A DNA stretch of 64,000 nt. Origin: Candidatus Omnitrophota bacterium (lineage in GTDB: Bacteria; Omnitrophota; Gorgyraeia; Gygaellales; Profunditerraquicolaceae). Positions 46,886-55,518 of this stretch are shown here, piece by piece (position 1 is the stretch's first letter; each line of letters starts with the position of its first letter). Location: NCBI GenBank assembly GCA_028715415.1, contig JAQURX010000007.1, forward strand, positions 11,898 through 75,897. The letters run 5' to 3'. Made by a program: the position numbers and the translations under genes. Under the pieces are notes generated by a model, which was given only the letters and a program-made list of their open reading frames with translations, was not told the origin of the DNA and did no database searches.

Positions 46886-47668
46886 ATGAGAAAAATTATT
46901 CTTACTTTATTGGTTAGTTTAACTCTTTTCAGTTACGCATTTGCTTTGCATACTGATAAATGGAATGAACTAAAGAGCGACCATTTCATTATTTATTATA
47001 AGCATGCCCCGGAGAGTTTTATAAAAGAGATTTCTGATAAGTCAGAAAGATTTTATAATGAAATTGCAAATGAGCTTGGTTTTAACCGTTTTGATTTCTG
47101 GCTTTGGGATAACCGTGCTAAGATTTATATTTATGATGACGCGGCAGACTATCAAAAAACAACAGGGCAGCCTAAATGGTCGGGTGGTGCTGCTATCCCG
47201 AAGGAGAAGACAATCTATTCTTTCCTGTACGCGCAAGGCTTTTCAGAAACAGTGTTACCTCATGAAATGGGGCATATAATATTCAGGGAGTTTGTTGGTT
47301 TTGACAATTACGCGATACCTATCTGGCTTGATGAGGGGGTTGCCAGCCATCAGCAGAAGGAAAAATTTTCAATGGCTGATAGAGTAACAAAAGAAGCTAT
47401 AGAAAATAATTCTTTTATGGATCTTAGGGAATTAACGGGGTTTAACCCCCAGTTGAGCCGGGAGAACAATAAGATTGGAACTTTTTATCTTGAAGCATTT
47501 AGTGTCGTAAGCTTTTTGATTAATGAATTTGGCAGGGACAAATTTGTTCTGTTCTGCCAGAATTTAAGAGACAAAAAGAATTTTAACATAGCTTTATCTT
47601 CAAGCTATCCTTTTGAAGATATAAAACAGTTAAACGAAGCTTGGGTTAAATATCTAAGGGGAAAATGA
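46886..47668 (+). CDS. secreted HEXXH zinc metallopeptidase-like protein (gluzincin-like: HEMGH ... LDEGVA), inserted between murG and murC
   Basis: A signal peptide MRKIILTLLVSLTLFSYAFA, an HEMGH motif, and a downstream Glu ~24 residues later. Confidence 0.6.
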   Translation: MRKIILTLLVSLTLFSYAFALHTDKWNELKSDHFIIYYKHAPESFIKEISDKSERFYNEIANELGFNRFDFWLWDNRAKIYIYDDAADYQKTTGQPKWSGGAAIPKEKTIYSFLYAQGFSETVLPHEMGHIIFREFVGFDNYAIPIWLDEGVASHQQKEKFSMADRVTKEAIENNSFMDLRELTGFNPQLSRENNKIGTFYLEAFSVVSFLINEFGRDKFVLFCQNLRDKKNFNIALSSSYPFEDIKQLNEAWVKYLRGK

Positions 47669-49026
47669 AAAAACATTACCATTTTATCGGCATCGGCGGG
47701 ATCGGCATGAGCGGGATTGCGCAGTTATTCTTAAAGAATGGCGTTAAGGTTAGCGGTTCTGATTTAAAAGAGAGCCATTCTACAAATGAACTTAAAGCTA
47801 AGGGAGCTGAGATTTTTATCGGGCATGATGCGCAAAATATAAATGGCGCAAGCTTGGTAATCTATTCTTCAGCAATAAAAGACAACAATCCGGAGATTAT
47901 CTTAGCGAAAAAACAAGGCATCCCTTTAATAAAAAGGGCAGAGGCTTTGGCCCAGCTGATGAGCGAAAAGTCTGTTGTCGCGGTTTCCGGCAGCCATGGC
48001 AAGACTACGACTACATCTTTAATCTCTTATCTATTAATAGAAGCCGGATTAAACCCCACGGTTGCCGTAGGAGGAATCCTTAGAAATATCGGGACAAACG
48101 CATTTTTTGGCAATGGCAAATTTTTTGTCGCAGAAGCTGATGAATCGGATGGTTCGTTTTTATATTATCGGCCGAAATATTCAATTGTAACCAATATCGA
48201 CCGCGAACACCTTGATTATTACACTGATTTTGAGAGTGAATTAAAGGCCTTTAGGAAATTTATAGACCAAACAGATAAAACAGGATGTGTATTCTATTGC
48301 AAAGATGATGATAATTTAAACAATCTGCTAAAGGGCTACAAACATAAAAAAATTTCATTTGGTTTAAAAGAGAATGCTGAGGTTTATGCGAAGAGCATTA
48401 TTTTTGAAGGCTTAAGCTCGGAGTTTGACTGTTTTCATAAGGAAAAGTTTGTAGGTAAATTTTCCCTTTCTTTGGGAGGACGCCACAATATTTCTAATGC
48501 CCTTTCAGTCATTGCATTGGGTTTAGAGTTAGGATTGGATTTAAAGTTTATCAAGAAGGCATTGAAAGATTATAAAGGCTCCGGCCGCAGAGCGGAAATC
48601 AAATATAAAGATAATGATTACCTTGTTATAGACGATTACGCGCATCATCCTACAGAAATAAAAGCAACGCTTTCGGCATTAAAAAACCTGCAGAAAAATA
48701 GAGTTATCACGGTATTCCAGCCGCATCGTTACAGCAGGACAAAGTTGTTATTGGAAGAGTTTAAAAAGGCTTTTGATATGGCTGATTATTTAATCCTTAC
48801 GGATATTTACGCAGCGAGCGAAGAGCCGATTGAAGGGGTTACCGGTGAGATCTTAGCGGAGTTGATAAAGAAGAATTTAAATGGTAAGACCGTTTGTTTC
48901 TTGCCAAAGAATAAAATAGTTGAACATATCTTAAGCATAATAAAGCCCGGAGACCTGGTGGCTACATTAGGGGCAGGGGACATTACTAAATTAAGCGATG
49001 AATTGGCCCAGAAAATTAAAAGCTAA
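47665..49026 (+). CDS. murC: UDP-N-acetylmuramate--L-alanine ligase
   Basis: GIGGIGMSGIAQLF N-terminus and GSHGKTTTTS P-loop. Confidence 0.9.
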   Translation: MKKHYHFIGIGGIGMSGIAQLFLKNGVKVSGSDLKESHSTNELKAKGAEIFIGHDAQNINGASLVIYSSAIKDNNPEIILAKKQGIPLIKRAEALAQLMSEKSVVAVSGSHGKTTTTSLISYLLIEAGLNPTVAVGGILRNIGTNAFFGNGKFFVAEADESDGSFLYYRPKYSIVTNIDREHLDYYTDFESELKAFRKFIDQTDKTGCVFYCKDDDNLNNLLKGYKHKKISFGLKENAEVYAKSIIFEGLSSEFDCFHKEKFVGKFSLSLGGRHNISNALSVIALGLELGLDLKFIKKALKDYKGSGRRAEIKYKDNDYLVIDDYAHHPTEIKATLSALKNLQKNRVITVFQPHRYSRTKLLLEEFKKAFDMADYLILTDIYAASEEPIEGVTGEILAELIKKNLNGKTVCFLPKNKIVEHILSIIKPGDLVATLGAGDITKLSDELAQKIKS

Positions 49027-49879
49027 AATTTGCATTGCTGAACCTCTTAAAGACAAGACTACCTTTAAAATTGGCGGGCTTGCGCAATTTTTTGTAAGCC
49101 CAAAAGATTTAAACGATTTAAAGCTGTTGGTTTCTATCTCAAAGAAAGAAAAAATCCCGGTCCATGTAATTGGCTCGGGAAGCAATCTATTGGTCAGCGA
49201 CGGATTAATAAAATCAATTGTTATTAAGTTAGACAGCCCTTTTTTTAAGAAAATTCATTTTTCCGGGAATCATGTTGAATTAGGAAGCGGCGTATTATTG
49301 AATCAGGCAATCTTAGCGTCACTTAATAAAGGTTTGTCCGGGTTTGAATTCTTTACAGGAATACCCGGGACTTTAGGAGGGGCCTTGGCTATGAATGCCG
49401 GGGCATGGGGGAAAAATATTGGAGATTTAGTGGAAAATGTCCGCGTAATGGATTATAATGGAAAGATAAGGCTGTTAAAAAAAGAAAATATTATATTTGG
49501 TTATCGTTCGTCAAGCCTGGCAGAGTATATTATTTTGGATTCTTTGATTAAGCTTTCAAAAACAACTAAAAAAGAAATTAGCAGGAAGCTTTTGGAATTC
49601 CGCAGGCAGCGTAGCATAACGCAGGATGCCTCCCGTCCAAATGCCGGATGTATTTTCAGAAATCCTGCTAATGATTCAGCCGGCAGATTAATAGATGCGT
49701 GCGGATTAAAGGGCAGGATGGTTGGTGGGGCATGTGTTTCAAAGAAGCACGCCAATTTTATTTTAAATCAGAAGAATGCCACGGCAAATGATGTTTTAGG
49801 GTTAATGGAAATAATCAATTCACGCGTAAAAAGAAAATTTAATATAAACTTAAAACCAGAGATAAAAATATGGAGATAA
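48998..49879 (+). CDS. murB: UDP-N-acetylenolpyruvoylglucosamine reductase
   Basis: An FAD-binding domain containing TTFKIGG. Confidence 0.85.
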   Translation: MNWPRKLKAKICIAEPLKDKTTFKIGGLAQFFVSPKDLNDLKLLVSISKKEKIPVHVIGSGSNLLVSDGLIKSIVIKLDSPFFKKIHFSGNHVELGSGVLLNQAILASLNKGLSGFEFFTGIPGTLGGALAMNAGAWGKNIGDLVENVRVMDYNGKIRLLKKENIIFGYRSSSLAEYIILDSLIKLSKTTKKEISRKLLEFRRQRSITQDASRPNAGCIFRNPANDSAGRLIDACGLKGRMVGGACVSKKHANFILNQKNATANDVLGLMEIINSRVKRKFNINLKPEIKIWR

Positions 49880-50826
49880 AAGAAATTAAAGATTCAAAAC
49901 AATTCGGACGAATCGGCGTTTTGATGGGTGGGGCTTCCAGCGAAAGAGAGATTTCACTTAAATCAGGAAAAGCCGTATTCGAAGCTTTAAAGCAAGCTGG
50001 CTTTGATGCAATTTCTATCGATATAAAATCAGATGACCATAATGAAAATGCTATCCTATTAAAATATCTTAAGCTTGATTGTGCTTTTTTGGCTTTGCAT
50101 GGTCGCTTCGGAGAGGATGGTCAGATTCAGCATATCCTTGATAAAATTAAATTGCGTTATACCGGTTCAGGAGCGTTGGCGAGTAAAATAGCCATGGACA
50201 AAGTTTCTTCTCATGAAGTATTTCGCAGAGCTTCTTTATTGGCTCCAGATTATTGCGTACTGGAAAAGAAATCCTGGCAGCTAAACTTAAATAAGTGCAA
50301 GAAATTAGGTTTACCATTAGTGATAAAGCCCGCAGCCCAGGGTTCCAGTATTGGTTTATCAATTATTGATGATTGGGATGATTTAAATAAGGCTTTGGAA
50401 ATAGCTTTTCAATTTGATGAGAGAGTAATTGCAGAAGAGTACATAAAGGGGAGAGAATTAACTGTAGGAATATTGGGAGAGTCTGCATTGCCGGTTATTG
50501 AAATCATTCCTAAGAACAAGTTTTTTGATTTTGAAGCTAAGTATCAGGTAGGTTTGACGGAATACAAGATTCCGGCTGAATTAGAGCCTGATGTAGCCGG
50601 TAAAGTAAAAACAGCGGCGCTTCGTGCGCATAAACTTCTGGGTTGTTTTGGATGCTCTAGGGTTGACCTGATGTTAAACTCTGAAAATATTCCTTTTGTG
50701 TTGGAGGTTAATACTATCCCCGGGATGACAGCGACAAGCCTTTTACCGAAAGCCGCGAAAATAACCGGATTGGAATTCAATGAATTATGTTTTGAGCTGA
50801 TTAAACTGGCATATGAGAAAAAATAA
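49870..50826 (+). CDS. ddl: D-alanine--D-alanine ligase
   Basis: ATP-grasp fold with the expected N-terminus IGVLMGGASSEREISL. Confidence 0.9.
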   Translation: MEIKEIKDSKQFGRIGVLMGGASSEREISLKSGKAVFEALKQAGFDAISIDIKSDDHNENAILLKYLKLDCAFLALHGRFGEDGQIQHILDKIKLRYTGSGALASKIAMDKVSSHEVFRRASLLAPDYCVLEKKSWQLNLNKCKKLGLPLVIKPAAQGSSIGLSIIDDWDDLNKALEIAFQFDERVIAEEYIKGRELTVGILGESALPVIEIIPKNKFFDFEAKYQVGLTEYKIPAELEPDVAGKVKTAALRAHKLLGCFGCSRVDLMLNSENIPFVLEVNTIPGMTATSLLPKAAKITGLEFNELCFELIKLAYEKK

Positions 50827-51646
50827 AAACAAATCTTCGCAGGGGACTGGTTTTAAGAAAGCCCGAGCCATGGCTTTAAAAGTTCTTGGGGCGGCGTTAT
50901 TAATTCTTCTTGCTTTATCTTTTATAATAGGATATATTTGGAAGTCATTTATTGTTTCCGATTATTTTAAAATTAAAGATATTGTTACGCGAGATGCTGA
51001 TACCACGATGGACCTTTCTTATTTAAAAGGAAAGAATATTTTTGATATAGATATTTCTTACCATGCGCAGCATATCCTGAGGTCTTGTCCAAGCTGCAGC
51101 GATGTAAAATTAATCCGGGTTTTTCCTAATCGTTTATTTGTAGATTTTCAGAGGAGAAGGCCTCTGGCAATCGTAAAATTAAACAAAGATTTTGTGATTG
51201 ATGAAAACGGAGTTATTTTTTATTCGCTAAATCAGCAATCTTCTAATGAAGACCTGCCTCAACTATTCGGGCTTGAAAAAAAGCTTTCTGCTTCTATGGT
51301 TGGTAAACGCAGCAGTGTAAGAGAGCTTTGGCTGGCTTTAAATATCATTAAAGAGATGAGCAGGAATAATGTTTTAAAAGATTATAAAATCAAAAAGATT
51401 GATGTTTCAAACCCGGCTAACACTTCAATCTTTATCAGGCTTTCGCCTAAGATCCCAGATTATCCTGATGTAAAAGTTGTCCTTGTTAATGATATCCTTG
51501 AGGTTAAAATCGGAGCAGATAATATTAAAGATAAACTGGTTATCCTCGCAGGGGTATTTCTTGAGGGAAAACAGGATTTAGCCGGTATGAGTTATGTAGA
51601 TTTAAGATTCAAGAAACCGGTAATTAAATTAAATAATGATAAATAA
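50813..51646 (+). CDS. ftsQ: cell division protein FtsQ/DivIB (TM + POTRA)
   Basis: Its position, a single TM helix, and POTRA-like FDIDISYHAQHILRS. Confidence 0.75.
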   Translation: MRKNKNKSSQGTGFKKARAMALKVLGAALLILLALSFIIGYIWKSFIVSDYFKIKDIVTRDADTTMDLSYLKGKNIFDIDISYHAQHILRSCPSCSDVKLIRVFPNRLFVDFQRRRPLAIVKLNKDFVIDENGVIFYSLNQQSSNEDLPQLFGLEKKLSASMVGKRSSVRELWLALNIIKEMSRNNVLKDYKIKKIDVSNPANTSIFIRLSPKIPDYPDVKVVLVNDILEVKIGADNIKDKLVILAGVFLEGKQDLAGMSYVDLRFKKPVIKLNNDK

Positions 51647-52892
51647 TAATTATATTTGTGCACTGGACATTGGCTCAAGCAAGATTGCCGCAAGCGTCGC
51701 CTTGTTCAATAAAAAGCGCCTGACAAATGTATTCTTTGATTACGCACCGATTAGAGGCGTGAAGGAAGGCGCTATTGTTGATGCTATAGAACTTGTCGGA
51801 GTAATCACCAAGTTATTAAAGAGCCTTAAAGCAAAATCAGGGATAAATATAAAATCTTTATATGCGAATATTTCCGGGCTCGATATTGATACAAAACATA
51901 GCCGGGCAATCATTCCTCTTGTTGAGCGCGGGAATAAAGTTATAACGGTTTCGGATATCCAAAGAGTAATTGAGCAGGCGAGAATCTTGGGCTCTAACCT
52001 TGAGGAAGAGATAATCCATGAAGTTCCCTCCGGTTACACGATAGATTCAAAGAGCAATATTGCAAATCCCCTCGGTTTATACAGCCATAAACTGGAAGTT
52101 GATCTTTATCTTGTTTACGGGAAACTTTCTTCCATCCAGAGTTTGAGCCGGGTCATTTCGCAGTCAGGCTATGATATGAAAGATTTATTCTTCTCGGGGC
52201 TTGCAACAAGCAAAGTTGTTTTTAATGAAGGCCTTAAGGAAGGAACGCATATTTTTTGCGATATAGGTTCCGATATTACCGAAATTTTAATATTTAATGA
52301 CGGTGTTCTCCGGGATATGGAGATTTTGAATATCGGAGGCGATTATTTTACAAAACAAATTTCCGACGTGTTAAAGATCCCGGTTGAGTTGGCGGAAGAG
52401 ATAAAAAGATCATATGGAGTAATTGGAGATGCGGAGCGTATAGGGGAAGAGAAAGAGATTCTTGTAAAAAAGAGCAATCTTTATAAGCCTATTAAACAAA
52501 AACTTGTTTCGCAAATAATTACATCTTCTGCGCAGCTTATTTGTTCAAGCATAAAAGAATCCATAGAAAAAAGGATTCCCGCTTTTGAAGTCAGGGATTT
52601 TACTGTGGTAGGCCGAACTATTCTTTTGGAAGGTTTCATTGAAACCATGGAGACAATTCTTTCTATGCCTGTTAAGATGGGCAGGGTTAGTAATTCGGAG
52701 ATTGCGCCTTTTGTCCAGGAAAATGATTCTTTATCTGGGCAAAAATACTTAACTTATCTTACTTGTTTGGGTATGATTTGCAAATCCCTCGAAAAAGGCC
52801 CTTTAGGAGTCTTACCTATTCAACAGCCAGCCAAAAACCTCTTTGTAAAAACCTTAAACAGGTTCAAAGAGGCTTACCAGGAGTATTTCTAA
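51636..52892 (+). CDS. ftsA: cell division protein FtsA (actin-like ATPase)
   Basis: ICALDIGSSKIAASVA phosphate-1 motif; ~420 aa. Confidence 0.9.
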   Translation: MINNNYICALDIGSSKIAASVALFNKKRLTNVFFDYAPIRGVKEGAIVDAIELVGVITKLLKSLKAKSGINIKSLYANISGLDIDTKHSRAIIPLVERGNKVITVSDIQRVIEQARILGSNLEEEIIHEVPSGYTIDSKSNIANPLGLYSHKLEVDLYLVYGKLSSIQSLSRVISQSGYDMKDLFFSGLATSKVVFNEGLKEGTHIFCDIGSDITEILIFNDGVLRDMEILNIGGDYFTKQISDVLKIPVELAEEIKRSYGVIGDAERIGEEKEILVKKSNLYKPIKQKLVSQIITSSAQLICSSIKESIEKRIPAFEVRDFTVVGRTILLEGFIETMETILSMPVKMGRVSNSEIAPFVQENDSLSGQKYLTYLTCLGMICKSLEKGPLGVLPIQQPAKNLFVKTLNRFKEAYQEYF

Positions 52893-52926
52893 TTAAAATT
52901 TGCGTTACTAGTTTTTTGTCATTCCC

Positions 52927-52990
52927 GCGAATGCGGGAATCTACGCTATATAGTGGATCCCTGCTTCCGCAGGGATGACAGTGTTACAAT
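52927..52990 (+). other. structured GC-rich element: outer stem tgtcat/atgaca enclosing two hairpins (attcccgc-gaat-gcgggaat and atccctgc-ttcc-gcagggat)
   Basis: Perfect inverted repeats read from the sequence in the ftsA-yggS gap. Its function is unknown (terminator or sRNA). Confidence 0.4.
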
Positions 52991-53026
52991 CTAGCTCCAA
53001 GTAAACGGTCTTTGCCTATTATTTTA

Positions 53027-53054
53027 ACACTATCCATTGACCCATAGGTTTTAT
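53027..53054 (+). promoter_or_regulatory. sigma70-type promoter (TTGACC-N16-TATAAT) upstream of yggS
   Basis: Consensus hexamers ~25 nt upstream of the yggS start. Confidence 0.55.
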
Positions 53055-53078
53055 CGTGTATAATACTATTCCTGAAGT

Positions 53079-53750
53079 ATGGTTAAAGATAATTTAAAGA
53101 AGATTAGAGAACGTATTTTTTCGGTTTGCGCTAAAATTAAGCGTAATCCCGAAACGATAACCATAGTTGCTGTTTCTAAGGGTAGAACTCTTGAGCAAAT
53201 CAAGGAAGCCATTGCCGCAGGCCTATATAATATAGGAGAGAATAGGGTTCAGGAAGCGCTAACCAAATCCAACGAACAGCGAGCCAAATGGCATATGGTT
53301 GGCCATCTTCAGACCAATAAGGTTAAAGAAGCTGTAAAGATCTTTGATTTGATTCATTCGGTGGATAGCTTGCGTCTGGCAGAGGAAATTGATAAACAGG
53401 CAAAAGCATTAGATAAGATTCAGGACATACTAATTGAAGTAAAAACTTCTCCTGAAGCAACGAAATTTGGTTTTAATCCGGATGAAGTTTCCGGAGCGGT
53501 TAAACAAATTTCTGCTTTAATGAATGTGCGGGTATTAGGTTTGATGACTATAGCTCCCGCAGTTGATAACCCAGAAGAAGCCCGTCCTTATTTCCGTCAA
53601 TTGCGGGAATTAAGGGATTCAATTAATTCTTTGCAGCTTGAAACTTGCAGTTTGAAACTTCTTTCTATGGGGATGACTGATGATTTTGAGGTTGCGATAG
53701 AAGAAGGCTCTGATATGGTGCGATTAGGAAAAGCGATATTTGAAGGTTAA
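53079..53750 (+). CDS. yggS: YggS-family pyridoxal-phosphate homeostasis protein
   Basis: Alanine-racemase N-terminal-domain-like fold, AVSKGR PLP-lysine motif; ~220 aa. Confidence 0.85.
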   Translation: MVKDNLKKIRERIFSVCAKIKRNPETITIVAVSKGRTLEQIKEAIAAGLYNIGENRVQEALTKSNEQRAKWHMVGHLQTNKVKEAVKIFDLIHSVDSLRLAEEIDKQAKALDKIQDILIEVKTSPEATKFGFNPDEVSGAVKQISALMNVRVLGLMTIAPAVDNPEEARPYFRQLRELRDSINSLQLETCSLKLLSMGMTDDFEVAIEEGSDMVRLGKAIFEG

Positions 53751-53756
53751 AGAAAG

Positions 53757-54584
53757 ATGAAAACAAAAATTGGAATTATTGGTTTTGGGAATATGGGTTC
53801 TGCGATTGCCCAACAACTAAAGAATGATTATGAGATTCAGTGTTTTGATAAAGATTTTAACAAGACCAAGGATTTACTGGGGATAAAAGTATCTCAAAGC
53901 GTAAAAGATCTTGTAAATGGAGTTAATGTAATAATTATTGCGGTAAAGCCACAGGATTTTAGCGGGATCTTAGAAGAAATAAAGAAATTTATTTCATTAG
54001 ACAAATTAATTATTTCTATCGCCGCAGGGATAAGCACTTCTTATATTGGGGAATATCTTGGTATGGCAAGGGTAATCAGGGTAATGCCGAATATGCCAGC
54101 TAAAATTGGCTCTGGAATGACTTGTTTGTCAAAAGGTAGCTTTGCTACGCAGGAAGATATTGATTTTGCTGAGAATTTATTTGATTATTTGGGCGAGACT
54201 CTCCAAATAGGCGAGGAGTTGATGAATGCTGCAACCGCTGTATCGGGAAGCGGGCCTGGGTTTCTTTGTGATTTAATTGACGGAAAGACTTTGGAAGAAA
54301 TGAAAGATTTTGCCGAAAATAGTTTTGTACCTAGCCTAACCGCTTCTGCTATTAGTCTTGGTTTTACTCCTGAGCAAGCTAAAATATTAGCTAGCGTAAC
54401 TAGTGAAGGAACGATTAAAATTATCGAAGATACACATGCCTCTCCTAAGGAAATTGAAAAACAAGTTACATCGAAAAATGGAACTACAGAAGCAGGGTTA
54501 AAAGAATTAAAACACGATTTTAAAAACTTAGACGCAGCAGCCAAAGCTGCAGCTAAACGTGCTGAAGAGCTATCCAAAGGGTAG
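53757..54584 (+). CDS. proC: pyrroline-5-carboxylate reductase
   Basis: IGIIGFGNMGSAIA Rossmann motif, plus a C-terminal dimerisation domain. Confidence 0.85.
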   Translation: MKTKIGIIGFGNMGSAIAQQLKNDYEIQCFDKDFNKTKDLLGIKVSQSVKDLVNGVNVIIIAVKPQDFSGILEEIKKFISLDKLIISIAAGISTSYIGEYLGMARVIRVMPNMPAKIGSGMTCLSKGSFATQEDIDFAENLFDYLGETLQIGEELMNAATAVSGSGPGFLCDLIDGKTLEEMKDFAENSFVPSLTASAISLGFTPEQAKILASVTSEGTIKIIEDTHASPKEIEKQVTSKNGTTEAGLKELKHDFKNLDAAAKAAAKRAEELSKG

Positions 54585-54604
54585 TTTAATTTTGATACTT
54601 TTCA

Positions 54605-54633
54605 CTTGAAATTTGAAACCTGAAACTTGAAAC
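54605..54633 (+). repeat. tandem array of four TTGAAA(C) heptamer/octamer units (cttgaaa-tttgaaac-ctgaaac-ttgaaac) between proC and mtnP
   Basis: Direct repeats read from the sequence; the same unit recurs at 59166-59237. Confidence 0.6.
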
Positions 54634-54655
54634 AAGCATTTCTAAGGAGACTATT

Positions 54656-55516
54656 ATGGGAAAAATAGGAATTATCGGTGGAAGTGGCCTTTATAAGATT
54701 GAAGGCGTAAAAAACGTTAAAGAAGTTGCCGTTACAACTCCTTATGGCAAGCCGTCCGATAAATTTATTACAGGTAGCCTTGAAGGTAAAGATGTTGTGT
54801 TTTTGCCGCGCCATGGCGTAGGGCATAAATTGTCTCCCAGCGAAATAAATTACCGTGCCAATATTTTTGGGATGAAGAAGCTGGGTGTTGAAAGGATTAT
54901 TTCAGTTACAGCCTGCGGGAGTTTAAGAGAGGATTTTAAGCCGTTAGATTTTGTTATCCCTGATCAATTTGTGGATCGCACAAATCAGGCGCGTCCCATG
55001 ACTTTTTTTGAGAAAGGAATTGTAGCTCACATCGCCTTTGCAGAACCAACTTGTATTGAGACAGCGGCAATTGTAAATAAGGCTGCAGTTAATTTAGAAT
55101 TTAATGTGCATTTGGGAGCAACATATCTTAACATGGAAGGCCCCGCATTTTCCACGCGTGCAGAATCAAATCTGTATAGAAAATGGGGTATGGATATTAT
55201 TGGTATGACAAATATGTGTGAGGCAAAACTTGCAAGAGAAGCGGAAATCTGTTATGTTACTTTGGCTGCAATTACAGACTATGACTGTTGGTATAAATGT
55301 GAAGAAACTGTTACTTTAGATATGATTATCGCTAATCTTTTGAAAAACGTAGATAATTCCAAGAAAATAATCAAGAGAATTGTTAAAGATATGCCTGAAG
55401 AAAGGACTTGTCCGTGTTGCAGTGCATTAAAAGATGCAATTTGTACGGATAGAAAGCTTATTCCGGAGAAAGTAAAAAAGGATTTAAGAATTATTATTGG
55501 GAAGTATGTGAGATAA
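54656..55516 (+). CDS. mtnP: S-methyl-5'-thioadenosine phosphorylase (PNP family 2)
   Basis: [11 protein letters not shown]-terminus and the MTAP-type C-terminal Cys-rich tail. Confidence 0.8.
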   Translation: MGKIGIIGGSGLYKIEGVKNVKEVAVTTPYGKPSDKFITGSLEGKDVVFLPRHGVGHKLSPSEINYRANIFGMKKLGVERIISVTACGSLREDFKPLDFVIPDQFVDRTNQARPMTFFEKGIVAHIAFAEPTCIETAAIVNKAAVNLEFNVHLGATYLNMEGPAFSTRAESNLYRKWGMDIIGMTNMCEAKLAREAEICYVTLAAITDYDCWYKCEETVTLDMIIANLLKNVDNSKKIIKRIVKDMPEERTCPCCSALKDAICTDRKLIPEKVKKDLRIIIGKYVR

Positions 55517-55518
55517 AA

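Noticed and set aside
54605-54633. CRISPR array or DnaA-box cluster (oriC) interpretation of the TTGAAAC repeats.
   Set aside because: The units are 7-8 bp with no spacers, so it is not a CRISPR. The motif does not resemble TTATCCACA, and there is no dnaA or AT-rich DNA-unwinding element (DUE) nearby.
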